Positions 48,061-61,084 of a stretch of 64,000 bases of DNA are shown here, piece after piece. Position 1 is the stretch's first letter; every line of letters starts with the position of its first letter. The translations under genes and the position numbers were made by a program. Source of the stretch: Oikopleura dioica. Its lineage: Eukaryota; Animalia; Chordata. A model generated the notes under the pieces. The model saw only the letters and a list, made by a program, of their open reading frames with translations. It was not told where the DNA came from and searched no databases. The DNA lies in assembly GCA_907165135.1 (NCBI GenBank), contig OU015568.1:5828001-5892000 (forward strand). The letters run 5' to 3'.

Positions 48061-50971
48061 CACATTTTGCTGGATCGTTCATTTTATTCTTTCGGCTAAA
48101 GAAGTGTTTATTTCATCCAAAAAGCGCAGTGAATATTCAATCGATTTTCAAAGGGTCTTAAATTCGCAGCTGAGTCAAGCGAAAATGAGCCAAAATGAAG
48201 CCAAAGCGGTGTTGACGTGTTCCATTTCGGGAAAAAGGATGCCAAGTCGCGATAACTCTCCTCATTAGTCAACTGATGGCGGTAAGTTGGGTAACCTTAG
48301 AGCATCAAGACTCGATGGCGGGTTATTTTGATGTCAACCGCTACGTTTCTTCATTTTTCTTGGGTTCGAAAATTTACACTGTTGATGAAACTACAACTAC
48401 TTTTTACCGTCATAGATTTTCCACTTGCGGTGGCTAGTTGTTTTGCTTATCATTAAGATTTTAAGGGGCAAGAATCAGAAAGTAACGGTCTTGAACCCGA
48501 AACTTCGTGAACTTTGAGGGATTTTAGCCGCGCTTTCAGCGGCTTTTATTTTTATGAACTGAAAGCCGCGCATGGCTTTTTGATATTTGGTCATTAGGCG
48601 CTAGAAATTTCGGAAGAATAATTATTTGAAGAAGTTTTTAAAGTTATTTTCTTATCATAATATAAATATCTAATTTATTAGTTATTTTTTATAATTAATT
48701 ATTAAAATAATAAATATCAATACACAAAGATGTAATTGTTAATAATTTATTTATTTATTATAGAATTAAATTTGAATAATTTATTTTATCAATAAATCAA
48801 TTAATTTATTGATTTACTGAATAGGGTTGGCCAAAAAAAGGGATGGTCCTTCGATTTCCTTTAAACTTTCCTTGATTCATTATTTGGGTCCATATAATAA
48901 ATATTTTCAAAAAATTCCCCTGGAGAATCACCCGCTGAGTAATTTGATGCTAATCCCAAGCTTATCTTCTGCATACTTACTGAGAAAAAGGGTAAAACTT
49001 GAATACTAAAAATCCGCCTACGCGAAAAATACAGTTTTGTATACCGATTTTCGAGGTCTTCCGCTCAACTTGATGATTCATATGGGGTATCAAAATGTTC
49101 GTCTCGTCGAGATCTATCAGAAACTGCAATAAAATTCGCTGAAATGAGACCTCACTTTTTCTTGGCCTACCCTATTACTGAATTTTAAATTTAATAAATG
49201 TATCCATAATTTAATTCAATTTTTTTGAGAAAAGATAAGAAAATTGACAATAAGAGTAAAATTTTTTTGTTTATTTTTTACTTCCGGTGTGCTCGATGAG
49301 TAGGAAACCAGCGTGAAGAAAACTATCAGAGCTTCAGAAATAATTTTCTTTATTTTTGAGAAGATGGTTAACGACAATACCGATTTCTTTAGCTTTTTGA
49401 CTGAAGAGCAAAAAGCCGCGTTTGAGAACTTGCAAAAGGCGCAGAAGGATTTCTTCGATGTCTTGTCAAGTGCGGAATTGACTGAATACACGCTCTACTA
49501 CAGAGACCAGATCGACAAGGGATTTCGATGGGGATGGCGGGACCAAGAAGATAGTCGACCTGCTTCTTCTTAATAAAAAACCTGAGAAAATTTTCAGAAT
49601 AAACTGAACTGTCTAAAAAGGTCTTATTGACTTGTCTGAGCAGGAATGGATCTACCAAAGCACTCAAAAATCACCAACGTGTTTAAGTTTTTGATTCTCG
49701 CAAATCAAGAGTCCACCTTTTTCTTTTCAAAAGGTTCATTCAATACGCACTTTTTAGTACTTAGTTTTTGAGTTATTGAGGTCAATCTGTTCTTTTCCGA
49801 ACTAAGGGCAATTACCACTAGATCAAAGTCTTATTATGAATTTGGTTAGCTATTCAGGTTAGCATTCAGAATCGCCCCAAAGCAAGAATTTTTTTAACAA
49901 AAAATGGTGTAGCGCAGAACAATTTTGAGCCGGAAATTGGCATAAATCCAGAAATTCCGATAAAACGTTGCATAAAAATTTCACTAACTGGAGGGACTGC
50001 TGGCTAGGCTTGGCAAACTGTGCTGAAAACCTGAAAATGAAAATCTGCGTAGCGGCTTTCTCCTAAAAATTAGCCGCAATAGCACTATTTGTGTCTAATT
50101 TTCGCGGCTTCGTATTTTTTAAAAAATGCCGCTTTCCGAGCCCAGATTGCTGGATTTTGAAAATTACTGCTTTTTTTTTCTTTAAAAAAACCCTAAAAAA
50201 AGAAGAACTCTTAGAATTCAAAAGGAAGTCACTTGAGTGATGAATATTTTCAAAACTGCGTTTGACGCGTTACCACAAAAGTGAGTACGTCTTTTAGTTG
50301 CCTTTTTTAGAGCATTTATGCATTCCAGCACTTGAGCATGTTCATTTCTTCGAGTGCTTTTTCTCCCCTATGACTTGGTAATTCACTTTTCGTAGGAAAT
50401 TCTGGTGAAATAAAGACTTGAAAAAAATATGAAAAAAAAAACTTTTTTTCAGGGTCATTTTTCTGATTATTTTTTGAAGAAATCAAAAATATATTTAATA
50501 AAAATTAAATAAATTGATAATAAACAAATTTTTTTAGGGTCCCCTTATTGGGGAGGTTTTGCGTAGAAATTTTCAACCAGTCAAAAGCCTGGATTCGGCG
50601 AACCGGCCAATCAGCAGCCAAGTAGCCGCCAACGCAAAATTTGTTGAAAATTTTTTGTCGGTTCCAGACACCATCCCCCCTTATTTTCCAAAAAGCTGAT
50701 AGAAAAGAACCTTGGAGCATTAAAATTTTATTTCTCCCCTTCGCTTCTTTTTTCGTAATACCCCTAGTTGACGCGTCGAACACGCAATTCCCGTCATCAG
50801 CATCATTGCCGCGCGATCGAGATCTCTCATGGTGGCGCTGCTTCGCTCCCTTGCGCGATTGCGCCGCGGCGATTTAAAGCGCGCACCGCTAATGCGCATC
50901 TTCACAAAACAATTCCTTTTCATTCATCCCCTTTTTTCAAGAGTTGAGATAAATTTTTGAAAACATCAAAC

Positions 50972-52672
50972 ATGAAGCTTTTTCTCGCGCTTTCAATTTT
51001 CGGGTCTGCAATGAGCACGATTGTGAGAAGAAGCGCGGGAGCTGTGAAGATGAGCTTTTCTGGAGAAGAGAGCAGCTTTGAGCTCGATAAGATTCTAGCG
51101 GAGATTACTAACGGAACAGGTAGACAATAGTTTTAGACTATTTGAGTCTAAATTTGGTCGAAAATCGATATTTCAAACGACAAACTCTAAATTTTGGTCA
51201 AAAATATCAAAAATTTAGCCATTAAATCGACAAATTTGTCAGAAAATCGATTTTTAAATCGAAAAAATCTAAATTTTAGTCAAAAATATTGAAATTTTTG
51301 TCGAAAAACTCAAAGTTTTGTGCATAAATGAAGGAATTTCGAGTTTTTCGACTCAAAATTTGATATTTTTTATTTTTTTGGCTAAAAATTAGACTTTTCG
51401 ATTTCCAAATAGATTCATTTTGTCAAAATTTACGATTTTATGGGTAAATTTTTGATATGTTCGACTTAAATTTAGTCTTAAATATCGATTTTTTTGACCA
51501 ATTTTTTGAATTTTTCGACTTCATTTTCGATATGAAAACTTGTTTTCGAGTCGGAAACATTTCGACTAATTTTTAGACTTTCTCTTTTCAAACTACCCTT
51601 AGCCATAAAAATCAAATGATATATCCTCCGTTTGCAAAATCCTTTTCTAGTGGATGACATCGAAGAAGAAATCCGCCGAAACATGGGAATGGTCCCCGCG
51701 TTTGGCCTCGCTTCGCGGCGAACAAACGAAGTGATCGAGCGTAAGTTTCGAAATCTAAAAATTCTAGTTCTTTGGCTCCAAAGAGAGAAGCTCTTTGGCA
51801 GGTATTGTTACTACGGCTGCCACTGCCTGCCGGAAGGAACGCACAACATCGCAAGAGGAGGCTATGGCAAGCCGGTCGATGATTTGGACGCGAGTTGCAG
51901 GCGCTTCGGACAGTGCTACCAGTGTTTAATTGACGAGCACAAGGATGACAAATTCAACATCAACGGCGTCACGGAATGCAAAGGAGAAGAGATCGGCTAC
52001 CAATTCGAGTTGCTGGAAGACGAATATGGAAACAAGTCCATTCAGTGCATGAACAAGGTAAATCAACGAGTGAAAGATTAAATTCGAGCCTAAAATACGA
52101 GAAGCCGCTTGCGTCTTCGAGTCAAATATAACTTTAGCAGCGCGAAGCGCGGCTTTTACTTTTCCTTTGCTCAAAACTTATGAATAATTATCTTAAAACT
52201 CATGAAAAACGAGAAGAATAAAAGCCGCGCTTCACGCGGCTTATTTTTTAATTTGACTCGAAGCCGCAAGCGGCTTCTCGGTTTCAGAACTTTTTGATTA
52301 CAATATTTTAGCTTGGCTCCTGTAGAAGAAATATCTGCGAGTGCGACAAACAACTGGCTGAGGGACTCTACGAACACGAACTTAGTTGGGACGAAAAGTA
52401 ACGAACTCAGAAAAGATTTCATTTGAGCAAACAAAATTTTAGATTTCACTCAAGAAGAAGCGGATTCGACAGAAATGACTCTTGCGCTCTTCCTGCTTCG
52501 AACCGTTAGTTTTTAGAAAATCAAACCTCCAATCTTACTTTCTTCCCTAGCTGGTGTGCGATTCGAAGAATGCTGCGGCTCCAGAACGACTTTTCCATTC
52601 AACGAGCCAAAGAACAACATGCAGTGCTGCGAAGGCCCCCTTTCCCTGCCAAATGGCCAATGCTCTTCCTAA
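50972..52672 (+). CDS. Secreted phospholipase A2-like protein lacking the catalytic His-Asp
   Basis: Signal peptide MKLFLALSIFGSAM. The exon at 51651-52057 has YGCHC...GGYGKPVDDLDASCRRFGQCY, the next exon has ICECDKQLA, and the stop is at 52670-52672. Confidence 0.75.
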
Positions 52673-54403
52673 ATCGCGCCCCTTTCTAAATCTGTAAATA
52701 GCGACCTTGACGCCTTCTTTCGAAATTATCGAGACAAGATGAAAAATGAAAAAAAATTTCAAAATCTGTTCTGTTGTAAAATACACTTTCATCGATTCTG
52801 TTTTTATTTACTTTTGGTATTTTTCTTGAAACTGACGCGAAAAGGGGTTGAAGAAAGATCGCCTTCAGAAAGTCGAATTCGCTCGGCGAAGTTTTTAAGT
52901 CTTCCTTGATTTCAATTTTTTTCAAGAAAAAGCGTTGTGACACCCTTTTTGAGGCGACCCCTGAGTCAGGTTCTGAAGAGCTCTACTGACCCTGACTCAG
53001 GTTTCTTAAACAGGTCGCCGAGCCTAGGGCCCCTTATTCTTATCCTTGAAACCTTGCTTATCAGTTCCAGCTCGATCGCTCTAGAAATTCAAGCATTTGA
53101 TACTTATCTCGTTTTTTGACAAACCTTTTGGACAAATCTTGAGCTGGCTGAAAGTCGATACTCATCTTTTTCAAAAAAGAATGAAAATATAAATGCAAAT
53201 TTATTCCGGGCGAGTTTTTTCTTTTATTCGAGCCGGAGGGAACGATCCTGAAAAGACTGCTTTTGAAGGAGTTCGGAACAAAGACACTCCGATAACATCG
53301 TGCTTGTGGAATAATTAATCGATGGAACAACAAATGAGAAGGTATATGATAAGCCTGAATGACGAGGAGACCGATTTATATTGTTTTCAAAGCTCAAAGA
53401 AAAATAATGCTATTTTGGCTTTAATTTTTCGGTTAGAATTTGGTTGACGCTGCAAATAAAATCTGGGTCAAAAAATATTTTGCAGGAAAAATTAATTTAG
53501 CAAAAATAATGTTCTAGAACAATTTTCAGTTTGAAAAAGTAGCAAAAACGTTAAAAGCTACATCAAAAATATTTTTGATAAACTATTAAATTGAACTTTG
53601 TTAAATCATTTTATTAGACTCAAAATAACTTCTTCGTTATCAATTCTTTCATCTGAGAAGGGTTGAATTCTCTTTTTCAGTGTTAAATTTGATCGGCCGC
53701 GATTTGCAAAAAATAACGTCATTTTGAGTGCTGACTTTTTGCTGATTTTGTTAAAAACTTCTTTATTTTTAATGGTTTTTTGATTTTTAATAAAAAATTG
53801 ACCTTGTTTGATTTTAATTTTCTGATTTTATCCATTTCGTGCGAATTCGCTTTCAGCCTTTATTCAGATAATATTTTCATTAATTTTGAGAGAAAAAAAT
53901 ATATTTTGTTCTAGAAAATTTTTTATTGGAAGATTATTTGCAAAAGTGCGAGATATTGCTAAAAGTAAAAATTATTCATAAATTTCAACAAAAGCCGTCA
54001 AAATTATTTTATTGAACTCAAAATAAGCCTTTCAGACTTTATCTGATCTTGTGGCAGAGCTAGAATTCGAGTTCTTTAGCATTTTTTGCTGAACAACCTG
54101 GGTTTACAAAAAGCGTCATTTTTCAAGAGTTTGTTCTCAGCTGGTTTAGTTAAAACATTCATTTTCTCAAGCTGATTAAGACGCTTATTTAAAAACAGAA
54201 ATAGTTTGACTTTAATTTATCTTTTAATTATATTTGACTTTAAATTTTATCTTTTAATTATGCATTTTCTTCTTAATGATATTTGCATCCTGGCAACTTA
54301 AAATTTCTATTTATTTTCAAAGAGAGAATAAACAAAAATGTTCTAGAACAATTCTTCTTTATTTTTTATTTTGTCAGTTTTCAGAAAAATCAACAGTTCA
54401 ATT

Positions 54404-55877
54404 TCAGCCAAGCCAAGGTTTCCAAAAGCCCTGATGATATTCCGGGAAGCTCTTTGGATCCACATCGGGAAAATTGATCGGCACTTGCGTCGAGTTCCAG
54501 AAAGAAAGTCGATCCAGCAGAAATTCAACAATGTCCAGATGAAAGTCTGAAACCTCGTTGCCCTCAGTTGGGTCCTTGATGACGTCATAGAGGCGGACAA
54601 GTCGGTCGAGAGGTTCTGGCCGCGGCGGGATTGGGTATTGAAGCCCGTTTTCGACCGTGAAAATGGGCTTTTTGTTGCCTTGGGGAGGAATGGTGATTGG
54701 AAAGTCTGGGTAGCCAGGGTCGCCGGTCAGCAGCTTCCAGTTCTTCCAGCGAATCGCCGCTTGAAATATTGGGTTGAAATTTGACGGTTGATTTTTTCTT
54801 TACCTTGGACGGAAATATTGAAGTCCGACTTGAAGGTTCGATTGTCTGACCCTTTCGCCACGGTCATTTCGTCGATATTATGCAAAATTTCATCCCGAGC
54901 TAACGAAAAACAATCAAAGAAGAGCGCTAGAATTTTGACTCACGAGATTGCTCAAGATCCAGGAGCATTTTCCACTGAGACATTCCATCTAAATCGGGCG
55001 AATTCGGCGCTTTCTGGCAGCCAGTAGCTTCCATGATCGTCGGGTACCAGTCGGAAATGTGGATGAGCTCCTTGTTGATGACTTCGTTCCCGGTTCTTCG
55101 GGTTTCAAAGTATCCTCCAGCGACGAAGCCGTTTCCATGAACGCCGCCTTCCCAGTAGCCGGCCTTGTTGCCTCGCAAAGGGAGATTGTTGCCGCCGACA
55201 TAAGCTTGTCCGCCGTTGTCAGTGGAGAAGATGAAGATCGTGTTGTTCCACAAGCCGGATTCCTTCAAATGAGAAGTGATGTTTCCAATCCCTTCGTCCA
55301 TCACGGACACCATTCCCGCGTAGATCTTTCTCGGCTTGTCGTCGATGATTCCGTCGTATTTGGCGATGTACTCAGCTGGTGCTTCTAGCGGCGCGTGAAC
55401 GGATTGCATCGGGAGATAGAGAAAGAAGGGCTTGTTCTTGTCTCGCCCGTCAATGTACTTTTTCGCCTGGCGAATGTATTTAAACGCCGAGTATTCGCTT
55501 GGATCAGCTTGGTAAACCCGCTCCCCGAAAACATCTCCATCCGTGTTTTGGTCGATTCCGCAAGTGTGCGAGTCCAAGCACCGCGTTTTCTTGTAATAAT
55601 CCTCCGATCCGCCGAGGTAGCCGGTGAAGTTTTGAAATCCTCTGCCCCAAGGCGTGTTTGCCGTTTTGGCGTAGCCGACGTGCCACTCGCCCGCGGCCAT
55701 CGTGTGGTAGCCGCAGTTTCGCATCGTCTCGGGGAGCAATTCCGTGTCTAAGGGAAGAGCGGAAGGCATTCCCATCCAAATGAGCTGATGCTGCAGGCCA
55801 GAGTGGATTTGATAGCGGCCGGAGAGGAGCTGGGAGCGGGAGGGAGTGCAGATTGGCTGCACGTAGTAGTTTTCAAC
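54404..55877 (-). pseudogene. Arylsulfatase B-like gene, apparently 5'-truncated
   Basis: NYYVQPICTPSRSQLLSGRY (CxPxR), FSTDNGG, RGNKAGYWEGG, HISDWYPT and AAIRWKNWKLL are present. No signal peptide or N-terminal DD exon was found upstream. Confidence 0.7.
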
Positions 55878-56640
55878 GTAGTATGGAAAAATGTTTCGGT
55901 AAAAGCGACCGAAATATAAATCACTTTCAAGGGGTCAAATGTGATAAATATTTCGGTAGGCAGCCGAAAGAATTATACAAATAAGACTCGTTTTTAGCAA
56001 AAATATTTCGGTACGAGCCGAAACAAAAATCAGAATTTGATGTCTTTTGAGCAATAAAGTTTCGGCAGGTTTTTCCATTATCATCCTGATTTGCGCTGGT
56101 ATGTGCATTCAATGAGTGTGCCTTGTCATTTTTTTACCTTAAAAATCTCGAGTTATTGTCTGTTCTCATATCCAGAAGATCATTTCTTTGGCTTCATTCT
56201 TTATTACGCAAAAATGAAGGAAGCCGATGATTAAAAATTGAAATCGAAGTATTTGCTTCAATAAAGGTTAGGGTTAGGGGGCACCTTCAAAAATGACGGA
56301 ACAAATTACCCGAGGGGGATAGGCTAGGGTTAGTTAGGGTTACTGAAGGTAACCCTAAGTAACCCTAGACTAGACCCCGGCATCTTAGGACCTAAGGGGC
56401 GAAGCCCCGTGGTCAGGGGAACTTAGATTCCTTGATTTCTATCATCTCCGGCGCTTTTTTTGCCGAAATGTTTTTGCTAGAAACGAACCTTAAAGTGAAA
56501 AAGATTTCGGTAGCCTGCCGAAACATTTTTGTGAAAAAAGTGGAAAAAAGTGAAAAAAGTTTCGGCTGTTACCGAAATATTAATCAGAAAATAAGCTCAC
56601 CATATTTCGGCAATTTTACCGAAACTTTTTTCCATACTAC
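55878..56640. mobile_element. TIR element with CCGAAA/TTTCGG subterminal repeats
   Basis: GTAGTATGGAAAAA..TTCGGTAAAA / TTTTACCGAAAC..TTTTTCCATACTAC. Confidence 0.75.
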
Positions 56641-56702
56641 CGAAATAAACAGGGACAGGTGAGAGAATATGTCGGGGAGGAGCACTGAAAAATATTTTTT
56701 AA

Positions 56703-57169
56703 CCCGATAACGAGAGCGGGAGCACTAAGTGCTCCCGGAGCTGGTTGTTGCATAATGATTTTCTTCAATTTTGAAGATAATTCAAAAATTCGAAAAAACT
56801 TAGATTCGTACACCCTTTCCGCACTTAGTTTTACTTAAAGAAATTTTCATAATTCTTATTTAATCCTTTTTTTTTACAAAAAAAGAAGCAAAATTTCGGA
56901 AACTCATCTCGAGAACTCGATCTTACGTAACAGTCATCAAGAGAATGCGCGTTCTTCTCGCGTTTTTCCTTACGAAAAAGAATTCTCAAGAGTTCTAGAC
57001 CAAGCATTTTTCAAAAATCCGACGAAAAACCCGTCTTACAGACTGAGAAAACAAGCAGGTTTGTCCTTTTTTTGATTAAAATTGTTCTAGATAGCCTGGG
57101 TGGCACCCAGTGGGTGCACTAAGTGCTCCCACTCTCGTTATCGTATAATTTCATACTCTCGTTATCGGG
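56703..57169. mobile_element. Second piggyBac-like MITE
   Basis: TTAA flanks (56699-56702, 57170-57173) and ends CCCGATAACGAG / CTCGTTATCGGG. Confidence 0.75.
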
Positions 57170-57189
57170 TTAATCTCTTCAAAGTTGAC

Positions 57190-58143
57190 ATATCTCGAGT
57201 ACCCGGTGAACATGACGATGAAAGTGGTCAATCATCTCGACGTTTCCGGCCATCACCATTTGCAGTCAAAATCGATTTCAGAAGTCAAAAGGTCAAAAAA
57301 TCTCATCCTTGATTTCAAATTCTATTTTCAGCCGTAAAATAAGACAGATGAATTTTGTTCCCGGAAGAACACGGTCAAAACGCTCCAGTAGGCGCTGCAA
57401 CGGCTGTTTCTCTCAGAGCGAATCAAAGTTCAAGAACGGTTCTGCCTTGGAACAAAGAGAACTGTACCAATGTTTATGACTATAACGATCCGGAGTTTGA
57501 CGGGCATTATACTTACAGAGCTTGTCAAAAAGGATGTCTTCAGCGGCATTTGAGGGATGAATGCGGCTGTATATCGTCATTGTATTTGAAGAAAAATGAC
57601 CCTGTTTGTGGTTTACTCGACAAAACAACTTGTAAGTGACTGTATTGTCTCCTCGGTAATTTATTTAATTGAAGACCTTTGTGTTGAGAAAATCAAGGAA
57701 GACTTCCAATCTGGGCTAATTAGCGACTGTTACTGCAGCCAGCGTTGTTCCGAGGTCTTTTATGACTGTAAGTAAAACAGTCTTGAAACAGTAAATAATC
57801 GTTTTCAGTGCATTACAGCACTGTAAAATGGCCGAGTTCGCAGTACGAAGGGCTGTTGCTCAGCGCGATTTCGAACTCAACCGCTGCGGCGAAAATTCGC
57901 AACGCAACTGATCTCCAGTCCGCTGTGGAGGACAATCTGCTTCGATTGAGCTTCACTTTTGACGAGTTGAACGCAAAACTGATCGAAGAAAGCCCTAAAT
58001 ACGACATTTGGACGCTTTTTGCGAATATTGGCGGAACACTCGGACTTTACGTCGGAATTTCTTTCATTACTTTGTTCGAATTTCTCGAAGTTCTGACCGA
58101 CATTTGCCTGTTTACATGCTGCTATCGCTGTAGCAAAGAATAA
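57190..58143 (+). pseudogene. DEG/ENaC (ASIC-like) channel paralogue A, with N-terminus and central exons deleted
   Basis: Co-linear with 61755-63275 but lacks the HG/TM1 region, has a 5-nt deletion before FPAITIC, and lacks the region equivalent to ~61865-62485. Confidence 0.75.
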
Positions 58144-58284
58144 TATCAAATATAAGGCTTCTTTTGTTTTATTTGATTTTTATTAAAAAGACAATCTTAC
58201 AGGAAAGATTCTTTGGAAGAAGGCCAGACTGAAACTGAAGCTTAAATTTTACTAGAATTTATCCAAAATATTTTAGCTTACTGT

Positions 58285-61084
58285 TTATTCCGTAGTAAGA
58301 GTGATTGAATAGGCTTGAGGCAAAAGATACCACTTTTCTGTGTCCATGTTAAATTCTTCGTTCGTCAAAGCAAGAAACTCGTTATTTGGTCCGTAAAAAA
58401 CATAATCTTTGTTCCAGTGGAAACAATATTTCATCATTTCTTCAGAAGCATAGAACTCGCGAGAACTGGGAATTCTGATTTGAGCGCCGGAATGCTCGAT
58501 GAGAGTGTTTTGGAGAATGAAGGCGGAGTTTTCGACTCGGTCCAGCACCATTTGGTGGAAAATCATTGATCCGTCGGAATTAAGGTAACAGCCGGTGACG
58601 GTTAGGGGACGGGTGGGGGAGAATTTGTCGTGGAGAAGCACTGAAAATATTTGATTCTTTTCACAGTTTAGATGACGAAGTTAAGATACCTGGCTCGAAA
58701 TCCAAATTGCCTATTGCGTGTCCAAAGTCATCCATTTCTTCAATAATTTGCCATCCACTTGGATTCAAATAAGTCTTAAATTTTAATCTTTTGAGAAGCA
58801 ACTCAATTTCGTTCGTTTGGAATTCTTGTTCTTTAAACTTCGGATTGAGATTGAGTCCAGCCAAACTGCGCGGATAAATCACCATCGTCAGAATTGTAAA
58901 GATTTTTTCAAAAGAATAAAATTCTTTCATTTCCGAATCTTTAACTCCCAAATCATTTTTCATCGCCCATCTCAAAAGAGTAGTGACAGAAATCGGCACA
59001 CAAAGATTGGTTCCTTTTTGGTTCAAAACATTTTTCGTCACGTTTTCGAAGTCGAAATAGATTTGTTTCGTCATTTTCTGTTTCAGAGTGGCCATCGCAG
59101 AGGACTTTGTCAAGTTTGGATCGTCCAGGCAAAAATGGGAAGGCGCGTTTTTGAGCGAAATTATTTTTGATAAGTTTTCGATTTCCTCGATTGATGGAGT
59201 TTCTCTTGATAACCAGGCCGCAGTGAATCTCTAAGGAGTTGCAATTGTCAATAAAACAAAAAATTCAAAAACCTTAAATTCATTTTTGATCTTTTCTCGC
59301 TCGCCTTCTTCGATTGGATTGTAAAGAAGACTCCAAGCAGACTTCCAGTCGCAAAGAATAAAAATATGAAGTGGCGATCCTTCTTCTGCTAAATTAAAAC
59401 AAAGTTCGAAACTCCCCGAAAAAGCAGCAGAACCAGAATCTAAAAAATTCCCGGAAAATTAATTCAAAATATACGAATTTTAAACTTACATAAAAATTGA
59501 CTGAGTCTATATTTGGTTCCTCTCCGCGCGTAGCCCATTTCGCGGTAGCTCCTTCTTCCAGTCCTTTCTGCCAACGTTCCGTAATCGATCATTTTTGGTT
59601 CTCCATTTTTCAGGAGAATATTTTCGGGCTTCTTGTCGTGATGTTTGATTCCGACGCTCTCCAAATAATCAAGTCCGTTTTGCACTCCAAGTGCTATTTT
59701 CTTTCTTTCTTCCAAGCTGAGATCTTCATTTTTCAGGCGGCCTCGAAGATCGCAGTCGCATTTTTCCATGATCGTGATCCATCCGAGGCAGTCATCGTTG
59801 TTTTTGTCAAAGCTTGAGTAGACTTCGATGTTGCAAAAATTCTTGATGATGTTTGAATGAAGGGGGATCACGGGAACGTCATCTTTTTTGTCGTTTTCGG
59901 CGGTTCCATAATCTAAGAATGAAAAAATAGAAAATATAATGATTATTCTTACCATTTGAAAGATGAATCTCAAAATTCAACTCTTCATCCTTGTCCACAA
60001 ACAGCGCCGAGTCAAAGGCTTGAACCCTCACAGCCACCTCGAGTTCATCAAATTTTTCTTCCAAAACAATTGCTTCTCCTCCTTCAGAAATCGTTTTGAA
60101 AGATTTGTCTAGAATCCATTTTCCAGTTTCTTCTTTCAATCCAGATCGCGCGATTATTCGACTTTTAAAACTCGGATTTTTTTCAAGAATCATTTTTTGG
60201 AAAGCAGTAATCGCCCAGATTTCTTTGCCATAACACGGAAAATTTTTTCCTTCTCCATTTTGAAAAACAACCTCCTCCCAATTAGCATTAAATTCATTTT
60301 CAAACTCTTGTCTCTCGACCGACAAAATCAGTCTGTCCAAATCATTTCTGCTCGTCGTTCTCTTCAACTTCTTCTTAAAACCCTCCAGCCATTTCTCAAC
60401 CGCTTCTCTCGTCAATTCTTTTGGATGTATGCAATTAGTCTGAGTACAGACCCAGACTTCGAGTAAGAATTGCTAGTCTGGGTCCAGGGGCCAGAATTGG
60501 TTATATTTCCGTAGTCTGGGTCTCGGGACCAGAGAAGCTCTTTTCACTGGTAGTCTGGGTCCAGGGCCGTAAATAGCCTTTCGTATGGTAGTTTGTACTA
60601 GGATTTCGGCACAGTACTGACATTATAACCTTCTTTTGACTCACGCGATCATCAGCCCTGGATCGGGTGGACCCGGTTCATGATCTGTGTGAACCCAAAA
60701 TTTTCCAAAGTAAGAAATTACGGGTCAATATGCGCTCCGCGCCTGATTTCGAAGAGAAACTCATTTTTAAGGTGTTAAGCTTTCTATGCAACCGCGCCTT
60801 CAGTCAATTCGAGTCACTTTTTTGACCGAAATTGTGAACCATCCTCCCGAAATTTTGAACCGGGTTGAGAAAATTTGTGAAACTAGGCGCCAGCCACCCC
60901 CTGAACCCAGACTACGGGTCAAAAGATCTTCTCTGGGCCAGAGACCCAGACTACGAAAATATAACCAAGTCTGGGCCCTGGACCCAGACTAGCAATTCTT
61001 ACTCGAAGTCTGGGTCTGTACCCACTGGTCTACTACCCAGACTAATTGCAAACCTCCTTTTGGATGCGTCGTTTCTCGACTCAT
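58285..61084 (-). CDS. Atypical protein kinase fused to a papain-like (clan CA) domain
   Basis: The kinase part has VAVR, HHDKKPEN and DYG. Spliced downstream exons give NQKGTNLC (Q-x5-C) and HQMVLDRV...FILQNT. The fusion rests on my exon joins. Confidence 0.6.
60428..61056. mobile_element. TIR element with CCCAGACT repeats forming the first intron of the kinase-papain gene
   Basis: Inverted arms TGCAATTAGTCTG / CAGACTAATTGCA, with CTTTTGGATG duplicated at 60418-60427 and 61057-61066. Confidence 0.75.

Noticed and set aside
46230-49670. Several short ORFs that look protein-like (46475-46720, 47269-47499, 49313-49573)
   Set aside because: No recognisable motifs, and I could not join them into a consistent spliced model.
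56266-56370. Telomere-like TTAGGG/CCCTA motifs
   Set aside because: Only a few degenerate units inside a transposon, too short to call an interstitial telomere.
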